The notes beneath the pieces were generated by a model. It searched no databases. It worked only from the letters and a program-made list of their open reading frames with translations, and was not told the origin of the DNA. From an uncultured Thermoanaerobaculia bacterium (lineage in GTDB: Bacteria; Acidobacteriota; Thermoanaerobaculia; Multivoradales; JAHEKO01), in assembly GCA_964469055.1 (NCBI GenBank), contig CAYXXN010000002.1, positions 1 to 47,751 on the forward strand: a DNA stretch of 47,751 nucleotides, in the 5' to 3' direction. The position numbers were made by a program, and so were the translations under genes. Numbering within the stretch: the first letter of the stretch is position 1; the number at the start of each line of letters is the position of its first letter. Below, piece by piece: positions 1 to 8,900 of the stretch.

Positions 1-606
1 CTGCCGATGTTCGCGATCGGCGGGCTGACCGGCCTGCCGCTCGCCCTCGCGCCCACCGACATCCACCTCCACGACACCTACTACGTCATCGGGCATTTCC
101 ACTACATCGTGGCACCGGGGACGATCTTCGCCCTGTTCGCCGGCATCTACTACTGGTTCCCGAAGATCACAGGGCGCAAGATGAACGACACCCTGGGCCG
201 GATCCACTTCGTGCTCTCCTTCCTCTTCATCAACGGCGTCTTCGCCCCGATGTTCCTGCAGGGCCTGGCGGGCGTGTCGCGCCGCCTCTACGACGGCGGC
301 ATGCAGTACGCCCATGCCCAGCCGGTCCTGCACTGGAACAAGTTCATGTCCGTCTCGGCCTTCCTCCTGGCCGTGGCGCAGGTCCCGTTCATCGTCAACT
401 TCTTCTGGAGCATCAGGAAGGGCAAGGCGGTCGACGCCAACCCCTGGCAGGCGACGACGCTCGAGTGGGCGGCGGCGCCCTCGCCGCCGGTCGCCCACGG
501 CAACTTCCATCACATCCCCGTCGTCCATCGCGGGCCCTACGAGTACAGCCCCCCGAGCGACCCGACCGGCTACTTGCCGCAGCACGCGGCGCCGCAGGAG
601 AGATGA
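1..606 (+). CDS. ctaD: cytochrome c oxidase subunit I, C-terminal part (5' end outside window)
   Basis: Frame open from base 1. TM-rich sequence with GHFHYIV and FLQGLAGVSRR motifs typical of heme-copper oxidase subunit I. The subunit III gene follows 3 nt later. Confidence 0.92.
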   Translation: MPMFAIGGLTGLPLALAPTDIHLHDTYYVIGHFHYIVAPGTIFALFAGIYYWFPKITGRKMNDTLGRIHFVLSFLFINGVFAPMFLQGLAGVSRRLYDGGMQYAHAQPVLHWNKFMSVSAFLLAVAQVPFIVNFFWSIRKGKAVDANPWQATTLEWAAAPSPPVAHGNFHHIPVVHRGPYEYSPPSDPTGYLPQHAAPQER

Positions 607-609
607 GCG

Positions 610-1203
610 GTGCAGATTCCCCACACCGTCGACGAGCGCCCGGACACCGGGCTCTACAACGCGAAGCTCGGGGTCTGGCTCTTCCTGGCCTCGGAGGTGA
701 TGCTCTTCGGAGCGCTCTTCTCCTCCTACATCCTGCTGCGCACCGGCGGCGGGCCGTCGTTCCTCGTCGGCCACGAGGAGCTCAACATCCCGCTCGCTTT
801 CGTCAACACTTTGGTGCTCATCTTCTCGTCGGTGACCATCGTCATGTCCTGGGCCTCGCTGCGGCTCCGCGACTTCGCCAAGTTCCGGCTGTGGATGGGG
901 CTGACGATCCTCTGCGCCCTGGCCTTCCTGGTGATCAAGGCCTTCGAGTACGGGGCCAAGTTCGAGCACCATCTCTACCCCTCGACCAGCAACTTCCTCG
1001 GCATCTACTTCACGTTGACGGGGCTCCACGCCTTGCACGTGATCGGCGGGGTGATCGTCAACGGCTACCTGTGGGGGCCGGGGGCCAAGATGTGGCAGAG
1101 CGAGCCGGAGCGCTTCACCAACCGGGTGGAGACGGCCGGCCTCTACTGGCACTTCGTCGACCTGGTGTGGATCTTCCTGTTCCCGGCGCTGTACTTGCTC
1201 TAG
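610..1203 (+). CDS. ctaE: cytochrome c oxidase subunit III
   Basis: GTG start. 197 aa multi-TM protein with WLFLASEVMLFGALFSSY, LTGLHALHVIGG and YWHFVDLVWIF motifs characteristic of subunit III. Confidence 0.9.
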   Translation: MQIPHTVDERPDTGLYNAKLGVWLFLASEVMLFGALFSSYILLRTGGGPSFLVGHEELNIPLAFVNTLVLIFSSVTIVMSWASLRLRDFAKFRLWMGLTILCALAFLVIKAFEYGAKFEHHLYPSTSNFLGIYFTLTGLHALHVIGGVIVNGYLWGPGAKMWQSEPERFTNRVETAGLYWHFVDLVWIFLFPALYLL

Positions 1204-1216
1204 GAGAGAGGGCGCG

Positions 1217-1522
1217 ATGAGCGGTCACGGCGTGGAAGCGATTCGCGGCGAGATCCGGCGGTATTGGATCGTAGGGCTCGCCCTGTTCCTGCTCACGATC
1301 GTCACCGTGGCGGTGAGCTACCTCGACCTGTCGGTCGGGACCTCGGTGTTCGTGGCGCTGCTCATCGCCGCCTTGAAGGGTGGGCTGGTGGCGGCGGTCT
1401 TCATGCACCTGATCTCCGAGCGGCAAGCCATCTACGCCTTGTTGACACTGACCGTGGTCTTCTTCATCGTCCTGATGTGGGTGCCGGTCTGGGGCCGGAT
1501 CGGATCGATCGCTCTCGGGTGA
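1217..1522 (+). CDS. cytochrome c oxidase subunit IV family protein (small bacterial CoxD/CyoD-like)
   Basis: 101 aa, 3 TM helices, LKGGLVAAVFMHL motif. SD GAGAGAGGG upstream. Sits after subunit III. Confidence 0.8.
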   Translation: MSGHGVEAIRGEIRRYWIVGLALFLLTIVTVAVSYLDLSVGTSVFVALLIAALKGGLVAAVFMHLISERQAIYALLTLTVVFFIVLMWVPVWGRIGSIALG

Positions 1523-1528
1523 GGTGCG

Positions 1529-1732
1529 ATGTCGCTCAAGGCCTTCCACTTGCTGTTCATCGCCGTCTCCGTCCTGATGTGCGTCTACGTCGGGGCCTGG
1601 GGGGTGGGGGAGTACCTGCACGGGACGACGTCGGCTTTCCTCGTTCTGGGCATCGGGTGTTTCCTGCTCGCCGGGCTGCTCGTCGTCTACGGCGTGCGGG
1701 TGTGGCGTAAGCTGCAGGCGTTGCCGCGATGA
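1529..1732 (+). CDS. small membrane protein, 2 TM helices, unknown function
   Basis: 67 aa. SD GAGGTG 3 nt upstream. Third codon positions are almost all G/C. ATGA overlap with the next ORF. No recognisable family. Confidence 0.65.
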   Translation: MSLKAFHLLFIAVSVLMCVYVGAWGVGEYLHGTTSAFLVLGIGCFLLAGLLVVYGVRVWRKLQALPR

Positions 1733-2019
1733 AGTCCGAGCGCCGCCGGCCCGCGCCGGCCCGAAGCCCGCTGGCGGCGAGCGCCGCGGCGCTGGCCCTG
1801 CTGGCGCTGCCGCGGGCGGCGGGCGCCTGCGCGGTCTGCTACGGCGCGGCGGACTCGCCGCAGACCGCGGGCTTGAACGCCGCCATCCTGTTCCTGCTGG
1901 CCGTCGTCGCGCTGGTGCAGGCGGGCCTCGTGGCCATGTTCCTCGCCATCCGGCGGCGGAGCCGCGACTACCAGCGCCGCAAGGCGGAGTTGCACCTCAT
2001 CGAGGGAGGAGCGCGCTAG
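1729..2019 (+). CDS. small exported/membrane-anchored protein with CxxC motif, unknown function
   Basis: 96 aa. Basic N-terminus plus hydrophobic signal-like segment, then CAVCYG, one C-terminal TM helix and a basic tail. High GC3. Its stop abuts the coxII start (TAGATG). Confidence 0.65.
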   Translation: MKSERRRPAPARSPLAASAAALALLALPRAAGACAVCYGAADSPQTAGLNAAILFLLAVVALVQAGLVAMFLAIRRRSRDYQRRKAELHLIEGGAR

Positions 2020-2892
2020 ATGCTCGAGTTCCTCAACCGCTGGCTGCCGATCGACGCCTCGGCGCACGGCCCGGAGCTGGACCGCTGGACCGCCATCGTC
2101 CACTGGCTGATGCTGGTGCTCTTCGTCGGCTGGGGGATTTACTTCCTCTACGTGCTCTTCCGCTTCCGCGCTGGTCGCAACCCCCGGGCGAGCTACGAGG
2201 GCTCGACCTCGCACGTGTCGACCTACATCGAGGGCGGAGTGGCCGTGATCGAGGGAGTGCTGCTCTTCGCCTTCGCGATTCCCGCTTGGAGCCGCTGGGT
2301 GACCCCGCCCCCGCCGGCCGACGACCCCGTCGAGGTGCGGGTCGTGGGCGAGCAGTTCGCCTGGAACGTGCACTACCCGGGACCCGACGGGCGCTTCGGG
2401 CGGGGCGACGCCCACTTGGTGTCGGCGACCAACCCGCTGGGGCTCGACCCGGCGGACGCGGCGGGCCGCGACGACGTGACGACCATCAACCAGCTTCGGC
2501 TGCCGGTCGATCGCCCGGTGACCGTCCATCTCGGCTCGAAGGACGTGATCCACAGCTTCGGGCTGCCCTACTTCCGAGTCAAGCAGGACGCCATTCCCGG
2601 CCAGGACATTCCCATCCACTTCACGCCCGTGATGGTCACCCCGCCGGAGGCCCGCCTGCCGGGGTGCGCCGCGGCCAGCACCTGTTGGGAGATCGCCTGC
2701 GCTCAGCTCTGCGGACTCGGGCACTTCCGGATGCGGGGCTACGTCACCATCCTCGAGGCGACGGAGTTCGACGCCTGGCTGACCGAGCAGGTGGCGGCGA
2801 AGCTCGCGGCGCCGCCGCCGGCGACCCCGGCCGTCGCCCCACCCGCCGCCGAGCCCGCGCCGGCGGAGGCGCACGCCGCGCACTCGAGTTAG
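2020..2892 (+). CDS. ctaC: cytochrome c oxidase subunit II (CuA subunit, no fused cytochrome c domain)
   Basis: Two N-terminal TM helices. Cupredoxin region with DVIHSFGLPYFRVKQDAIPG and the CuA motif CAQLCGLGHFRM. No CxxCH. Ala/Pro-rich C-terminal tail. Confidence 0.88.
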   Translation: MLEFLNRWLPIDASAHGPELDRWTAIVHWLMLVLFVGWGIYFLYVLFRFRAGRNPRASYEGSTSHVSTYIEGGVAVIEGVLLFAFAIPAWSRWVTPPPPADDPVEVRVVGEQFAWNVHYPGPDGRFGRGDAHLVSATNPLGLDPADAAGRDDVTTINQLRLPVDRPVTVHLGSKDVIHSFGLPYFRVKQDAIPGQDIPIHFTPVMVTPPEARLPGCAAASTCWEIACAQLCGLGHFRMRGYVTILEATEFDAWLTEQVAAKLAAPPPATPAVAPPAAEPAPAEAHAAHSS

Positions 2893-2909
2893 CGTCGGGA
2901 GGCGAGCCG

Positions 2910-3338
2910 GTGGGTGGCGATCTCTCCTGGATCCCCACCTGGAACGCCACGCTCAACGGCCTGGCTGGCGTTTTGCTGGTCGCCGGCTACCTGGCGATCC
3001 GGCGCCGTCGCGTCGCTGTCCACCGGGCGCTGATGACCGGCGCCTTCGCCTGCTCGGTCCTCTTCCTCATCTCCTACCTGGCCTATCACGCCCGAGTCGG
3101 CTCGGTGCACTTTCCCGGCCAGGGATGGCCCCGGACCCTCTATTTCGCCATTCTGATCTCGCACACGACGTTGGCCGCCACGGTTCCCGTGCTCGCCATC
3201 GTCACGCTGCGCCGCGCCCTTCGCGGCCGTTTCGCCGCGCATCGCCGGATCGCCCGCTGGACGCTGCCGATCTGGCTCTACGTCTCCGTGACCGGCGTGG
3301 TCGTCTACTGGATGCTCTATCGCGTGCGCTGGTCCTGA
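2910..3338 (+). CDS. DUF420 family membrane protein (CtaM-like oxidase-associated protein)
   Basis: GTG at 2910 preceded by GGGAGG (2897-2902). 4 TM helices; LNGLAGVLLVAGYLAIRRR...HRALM and ISHTTLA motifs typical of DUF420. The ORF-track extension back to 2286 overlaps coxII and is Arg/Pro/Gly junk. Confidence 0.8.
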   Translation: MGGDLSWIPTWNATLNGLAGVLLVAGYLAIRRRRVAVHRALMTGAFACSVLFLISYLAYHARVGSVHFPGQGWPRTLYFAILISHTTLAATVPVLAIVTLRRALRGRFAAHRRIARWTLPIWLYVSVTGVVVYWMLYRVRWS

Positions 3339-3353
3339 GCGCGCGCGGGGCCA

Positions 3354-3382
3354 TTGACCGGCCCAGGGCGGTCGGATAGAAC
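3354..3382 (+). promoter_or_regulatory. sigma70-type promoter candidate for the efflux operon (leaderless)
   Basis: TTGACC (3354-3359), 17-nt spacer, TAGAAC (3377-3382). The tolC ATG at 3391 lies only 8 nt downstream of the -10 box. Confidence 0.45.
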
Positions 3383-3390
3383 GACGGGCG

Positions 3391-4755
3391 ATGTGCCGCA
3401 GGAGCGCAGCCATTGGCGGTTGGGGGCTCGTCATCGGATGGCTGGCCGTCAGCCCGGGCCGCGCCCAGGCGCTCACCCTCGAGGAGGCGCTGGCCTCGGC
3501 GGCGCTGCGCAACGAGACCCCGGCCATCGCCGAGGCCCGGCTGGAAGCCGCCGGCGCCTTGCGCCGGCAGGCCTTCGCTCAGCTCGTGCCGGCCCTGACC
3601 GTGTCGGGGACGTACACGCGCCGCGCGCGCGAGGTCACGCGCACCGTCGACGACGAGGAGCTGACCATCCAGGCCATCGACGCCCTCGCCGGCCAGGCGC
3701 TCGTCGAGGCGCAGCTCTTCGACCTGCGCTCCTTGCCGCTCATCCGCGCCGCCACCGCCGGCCTCGAGGCTCAGCGCCTCGAGTCGGTCGAGCTCGAGCG
3801 GGCGCTCGCCTTCGACGTGGCCGACACTTTCTACGGTGTTCTCTCCGCGGAAGAACTGGTGGCGGCGGCCCGGCAGCGCGTGGAGGTGGCGCGCACGACG
3901 GCCGAAGAGGCGGCCATCCGGTTGGACGCCGGCCTGGCGGCTCGCAACGAGCTCACCCGCACGCGCCTCGAGCTGGCGACCGCGGAGCGAACTGCCACCG
4001 AGGCCGAGAACCTGGTGCGCTCGACTCGCCTGGCCCTGGGCTACCTGATCGGCGAGCCGATCGGCGAGCGGCCGCTGTTGGCACCCGCCCCCGCCGCCTG
4101 GGCGACTCGAGATGCGGCCGCCTTGGTCGAGCAGGCAACGGCGACCAGCGCCGAGCTCGCCGCCCTCGAGGAGCGGGCGGAGGCGGCTCACTACCAGGCC
4201 CGCGTGCCGCGCTTCGGGCTGGCGCCGACCCTCGATCTGCGCGGCCTCTATCGCACGACCAACGAGTCGGGGCTCTCCGGTGTCGACAGCGACTGGAACG
4301 TCGCCGTGAACCTCACCTGGGAGATGTTCGACGGGGGCAACCGGGAGGCTGAAGCGATGCGCCTGGCCGCCGAAGCGCGGGAGGCGGATTTGGTGCTCGC
4401 CCAGCGCCGGCGGGAGGTCGGCCTCGCGGTGGAGCAGGCGCTGGCCGACATCGCGACGGCGGAGGCGGCGCTCGTCCAGGCCGAGGTGCAGAGCGAGGTG
4501 GCCGACCAGAACGCCACTGAGGTGCGCGAGCGCTTCCAGCAGGGTCTGGCCACCGGCCTCGAGCTCGCCGACGCCTTGGCCGAGCGCTTCTCGGCGGCGG
4601 CCGAGGTGGCGCGCCAGGGCTTCGCCCGTCGCGTTGCCCGGCTCGCCATGGAGCGGGCGTTGGGCAGCTGGCCCGGCGGCGGGCGGGCGCCCACGCCGCC
4701 GGCCGCGGCGGGCCCCGCCGTTCGCGCAGTGGATCCGGTCGCCGCCACACCTTGA
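3391..4755 (+). CDS. tolC: TolC-family outer membrane efflux protein
   Basis: Signal peptide ending PGRAQA. LTLEEAL start of the mature protein and duplicated coiled-coil/barrel repeats typical of OEP/TolC. First gene of the TolC-MFP-RND set. Confidence 0.88.
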   Translation: MCRRSAAIGGWGLVIGWLAVSPGRAQALTLEEALASAALRNETPAIAEARLEAAGALRRQAFAQLVPALTVSGTYTRRAREVTRTVDDEELTIQAIDALAGQALVEAQLFDLRSLPLIRAATAGLEAQRLESVELERALAFDVADTFYGVLSAEELVAAARQRVEVARTTAEEAAIRLDAGLAARNELTRTRLELATAERTATEAENLVRSTRLALGYLIGEPIGERPLLAPAPAAWATRDAAALVEQATATSAELAALEERAEAAHYQARVPRFGLAPTLDLRGLYRTTNESGLSGVDSDWNVAVNLTWEMFDGGNREAEAMRLAAEAREADLVLAQRRREVGLAVEQALADIATAEAALVQAEVQSEVADQNATEVRERFQQGLATGLELADALAERFSAAAEVARQGFARRVARLAMERALGSWPGGGRAPTPPAAAGPAVRAVDPVAATP

Positions 4756-4763
4756 GGGATCCC

Positions 4764-5900
4764 ATGCGATCTCACCGCTGCCCCGTCGTGCTGGTTGGCG
4801 CGAGTCTGGCCTTCACCTTGGGATGCGGCGGCGAGACGACGACGGGTCTCGCGGCCGGCGCCGCCCGGTCGGAGACCCGTTTCCCGGTCGAGGTCGAGCC
4901 GGTCGAGGCGCGGCTCGTCGAGTACGCCGTCCAGGCCGTCGGTTCGGTCGAGGCCTTCGAGCGGGTCGAGGTCACGGCCCGGGTCGCGGGGGTCGTGGAG
5001 CGCCTGCGCTTCCAGGAGGGGGACCTCGTCGATCCATCGCGAGCCCTGGCCGAGATCGAGCCGGAACGCTACCGGTTGAGCGCCGAGGCGGCGCGGGCCG
5101 GTCTGGCCCAGGCGGAAGCTCAACAGCAGGAAGCTCGGGCCGGATACGAGCGCCGCTTGGCGGTCAATGAGCGCAACCCGGACCTGGTGCGGGCCGAGGA
5201 GGTCGACGCCTGGCGCACGCGCCTGGCCTCGGCCACCGCCGGCGTCGAGCAGGCCAAGGCGGCGCTGGCCCTGGCCGAGCTCAACTTGCGCGACGCCTAC
5301 GTCCGGGCCCCCGTGGCGGGAGTCATCGAGACGCGCTCCGCGCAGACCGGTCAGTACGTCCAGCCGGGCGCCGTGCTGGCGACCCTGGTGCGTCGCGAGC
5401 CGCTCCTGCTGCGCTTCGGCGTGCCGGAGACCGAGGCCGCGCCGCTTTCTCCCGGCCTGCCCGTGCGCTTCACCGTCCGCGCCGGGCAGAGCACCTACGC
5501 CGCCACGATTACCCATGTCGCCGCCGCCGCCTCGGAGGGGTCGCGGATGGTCGAGGTCACGGCCCGGGTGGACGACCCGGCGCGCGGCGAGCTGCGTCCG
5601 GGGGCCTTCGCCGAGGTGCAGGTGCCCGTGGGCTCGGCGTCCGAGGCGCCGGTGATCCCCCAGACGGCGATCCGGCCGAGCGAGCGCGGATTCCTCGCCT
5701 TCGTCGTGGTGGAAGAGCGCGCCGTGGAGCGAGTCCTCACCCTGGGCCTGCGCACTGCGGACGGCCGCGTCGAGGTGCGCGCCGGCCTCGAGCCCGGGGA
5801 GCGGCTGGTAGTGCGGGGCGCCGAGGCGCTGCGGGACGGCGCCCTGGTGCACATCGCCGGCGCGGAGGAGGCGACGCCTCCGGCCGAGGGCGGACCGTGA
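4764..5900 (+). CDS. efflux RND transporter periplasmic adaptor subunit (HlyD/AcrA family)
   Basis: ATG 4764 with SD GAGGGA is preferred over TTG 4752. N-terminal signal ending TLGC (lipoprotein-like). Lipoyl/coiled-coil/beta-barrel pattern (VEV..RVAGVV, VRAPVAGVI). Stop overlaps the RND start (GTGA). Confidence 0.88.
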   Translation: MRSHRCPVVLVGASLAFTLGCGGETTTGLAAGAARSETRFPVEVEPVEARLVEYAVQAVGSVEAFERVEVTARVAGVVERLRFQEGDLVDPSRALAEIEPERYRLSAEAARAGLAQAEAQQQEARAGYERRLAVNERNPDLVRAEEVDAWRTRLASATAGVEQAKAALALAELNLRDAYVRAPVAGVIETRSAQTGQYVQPGAVLATLVRREPLLLRFGVPETEAAPLSPGLPVRFTVRAGQSTYAATITHVAAAASEGSRMVEVTARVDDPARGELRPGAFAEVQVPVGSASEAPVIPQTAIRPSERGFLAFVVVEERAVERVLTLGLRTADGRVEVRAGLEPGERLVVRGAEALRDGALVHIAGAEEATPPAEGGP

Positions 5901-8900
5901 ACCTGACGGAAGCCTGCATCAAGAAGCCGGTCCTGGCCTGGATGCTGATGGCCGGGACCGTGGTGTTCGGCCTCGTGGCGGCGACCCGCATCGGCATCAG
6001 CCAGCTGCCGGACGTCGACTTGCCGACCTTGAACGTCAGCGTCGGCTGGGAGGGGGCGGCGCCCGAGGTGATCGAAAACGACGTCATCGAGCCGCTGGAG
6101 GAGGCCCTCGTCCAGGTCGAAGGCGTCAAGAGCATCACCTCGACGTCGCGTCAGGGCAGCGGCTCGGTGACCCTCGAGCTGGTGCTGTCGCGCGACGTCG
6201 ACCTCGCCTTACAGGACGTCACGGCGAAGGTGCAGCAGGCGCAGCGTCAGCTACCGCGCGAGATCGACCCGCCGGTGATCTCCAAGAGCAACCCCGAGGA
6301 CAACCCCATCATGTGGGTGGGCCTCGCCGGGCCCTTCCCGCAGAAGGTGCTGGCCGACTACGCCCGCTACCGCGTCAAGGAGCGGCTGCAGGGCATCCCC
6401 GGGGTGGGCGAGATCACGGAAAGCGGCTCCGTGGAGCGCAACGTCCGCATCTGGATCGACGCCGCGGCGCTCGACGCGCAGAACCTGACGGTGACCGACG
6501 TCGTCCGGGCGCTGCAGGCCCAACACATCGAGCTGCCGGCGGGCCGCATGGAGACGACCGGCCGCGAAGTCGCCGTGCGCGTCCTGGGCGAGGCGGTCGA
6601 TCTCGAGACGCTGCGCGGCATCATCGTGCGAGAGGACTCCCGGGGTACGGTCGCGCTCTCCGACGTCGCCTTGGTCGAGGACGGCTTCGCCGACATCCGG
6701 CGGCTGTCGCGGGCCAACGGCAGCCCGGCGCAGGGCCTGGGGATCCGCAAGCAACGGGGGGCCAACGCCGTGGCCGTGGCGCGCGCCGTGCGGGCCGAGC
6801 TCGCGCGCCTCCAGACCACGTTGCCGGAGGGAATGGAGCTCGGCCTCAACTTCGACTCGACCCGCTTCATCGAGGAGTCGGTGCGCGAGATCGAGTTCGA
6901 GCTGGTGCTCGCCGTGTTGCTCACGGCACTGGTCTGCTGGATGTTCCTGGGGTCGTTCTCTTCGACCTTGAACGTGGTGCTGGCGATCCCCATGTCGCTG
7001 TTCGGGGCCGTCGCGGTCATCTACTTCCTGGGCTTCACGCTGAATACCTTCACGTTGCTCGCGCTGGGTCTCGCGGTCGGCATCGTCGTCGACGACGCCA
7101 TCATGGTGCTGGAGAACATCCAACGCCACGCCGAGATGGGCAAGTCCCGGGTGGCCGCGGCGCGGGAGGGCACCCGCGAGATCACCTTCGCGGCCTTGGC
7201 GGCCACACTGGCGATCTGCGCCATCTTCATCCCCGTGGTCTTCATGCGCGGCATCGTCGGCAAGTTCTTCCTGCAGTTCGGCGTCACGCTTTGCCTGACG
7301 GTCCTGCTCTCCTACCTGGAGGCGGTGACCCTGGCGCCGGCCCGTTGCTCGCAGATGCTCGACGTCTCGCGCCAGACCCGCAGCCGCCTCGGCCGGTCGG
7401 TGGACCGTGCGTTCACGGCTCTCGAGCGCGGCTACGCCCGGGTCTTGCCCTGGGTCCTCGGCCGACCCCTTCAGGTGGTGCTGGGAGGTGCCGCCCTCTT
7501 CCTCGTCTCTTTGTTGGTGTTCCGGGCGCTGCCCAAGGAGATGGTGCCGTCCCAAGACCAGGGACGAACCCTGGTGCGACTGCAGGCGGCCGTCGGCTCG
7601 GACCTGCAGGAGACGGATCGAATGGTGCGGCGGGCGGAGGACTGGGTCCTCGAGCGGCCCGACATCCAGCGGGTCTATGCCGTGGTGGGGGGCTTTGGCG
7701 GCGGCGGCGGCGCGATCAACAACGGCATGCTGTTCATCACCATGAAGCCGGTCGGCGAGCGGGAGACGACGCAACGGGACTTGGTCTCCGGCATCCGGCG
7801 CGAGTTCAACTCCTGGCCCGGAGTCCGGGCCGTGGTCCAGGACCTCTCGCAGCAGGGCTTCACGGCGCAGCGCGGATTCCCGGTCGAGTTCTCGGTCCGC
7901 GGCGGGGACTGGCAGCAGCTCATCGAGACGAGCCAGGACCTGATGGGCGAGCTCGCGGCCAGCGGCCTGGTCGTCGATCTCGACACGGACTACCAGGTGG
8001 GCGTGCCGGAGCTGCGGATCCTGCCGGAGCGCGCGCGGGCCGCCGACCTGGGAGTGTCGATCGAGGACGTGGCGACGACGCTCAACGCCCTCGTGGGCGG
8101 TGTGCGCGTCGGCAAGTACAGCGACGGCGGCCGGCGATTCGACGTCCGGCTCCGGCTGTTGGCCGAGCAACGGTCGCGCCCCGAGGACATTGCCCGGCTC
8201 AAGCTGCGGACCGCCTCCGGCGAGCTCGTCCCTCTCTCCTCGCTGGTCGCCAGCGAGGAGCTGCCGGCCCTGCAGGCGATCACTCGCCGCGACCGGGAGC
8301 GCGCCATCACGGTGTTCGCCAACGTCGCCCCGGGCGCCTCGCAGGACGCGGCGCTCGCTCGCGTCGAGGAGCTCGCCGACGATCTCCCGGTCGGCGTGCG
8401 GGTCGTCCTGGCGGGAGCGAGCGTCGCTTTCCGCGAGTCGATGTCGAGCCTTCTCTTCGCGCTCCTGCTCGGCATCGTGGTCGCGTACATGATCCTCGGA
8501 GCCCAGTTCAACTCCTTCCTGCACCCCATCACGGTGTTGACGATCCTGCCCCTGTCCGTGGCCGGGGCCGCCTTCGCGCTCTGGGTCACGGGTCGCTCGC
8601 TCAACATCTTCAGCATGATCGGCCTGCTGCTCCTGATGGGCATCGTCAAGAAGAACTCGATCATCCTGGTCGACTACACGAACCAGCAGCGCGAGCTGGG
8701 CAGCAGTGCCCGTCAAGCGCTGCTCACCGCCGGACCCGTTCGGCTGCGCCCCATCCTGATGACCTCAGTGGCCACGATGATGGCGGCAGTGCCGGTGGCG
8801 CTTGGCCTGGGCGCCGGCTCGGAGACCCGGGCGCCCATGGCCCTGGCCGTCCTGGGGGGCCTGGTCCTCTCGACGGCCCTCTCGCTCCTCGTCGTGCCGG

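Noticed and set aside
1729-2019. CAVCYG in the 96-aa oxidase-operon ORF, considered as a heme c attachment site.
   Set aside because: Heme c attachment needs CxxCH. Here the residue after the second Cys is Tyr, so a c-type cytochrome call is not supported.
2286-2909. Upstream extension of the DUF420 ORF, and likewise the extensions 31493-32341 (anti-sigma), 40852-41700 (HAD), 44387-44872 (lipoprotein), 30833-31894 (thioesterase frame) and 16846-17115 (xseA).
   Set aside because: These extensions overlap well-supported neighbouring genes and encode Arg/Pro-rich sequence. Internal starts with an SD, an overlap junction or a -10 box give proteins of family-typical length.
6251-8716. 821-aa ORF antisense to the RND permease gene. 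Similar long antisense or off-frame ORFs occur at 1687-2883, 4248-5852, 13413-15590, 19895-21223, 21148-23406, 23962-25332, 25591-27648, 35601-37127, 37565-39286, 39145-41403 and 42588-44963.
   Set aside because: Their translations are Arg/Pro/Gly/Ala-rich low-complexity sequence with no motifs. They fully overlap genes that carry clear family signatures and G/C-biased third positions. Long stop-free shadow frames are expected in ~70% GC DNA.
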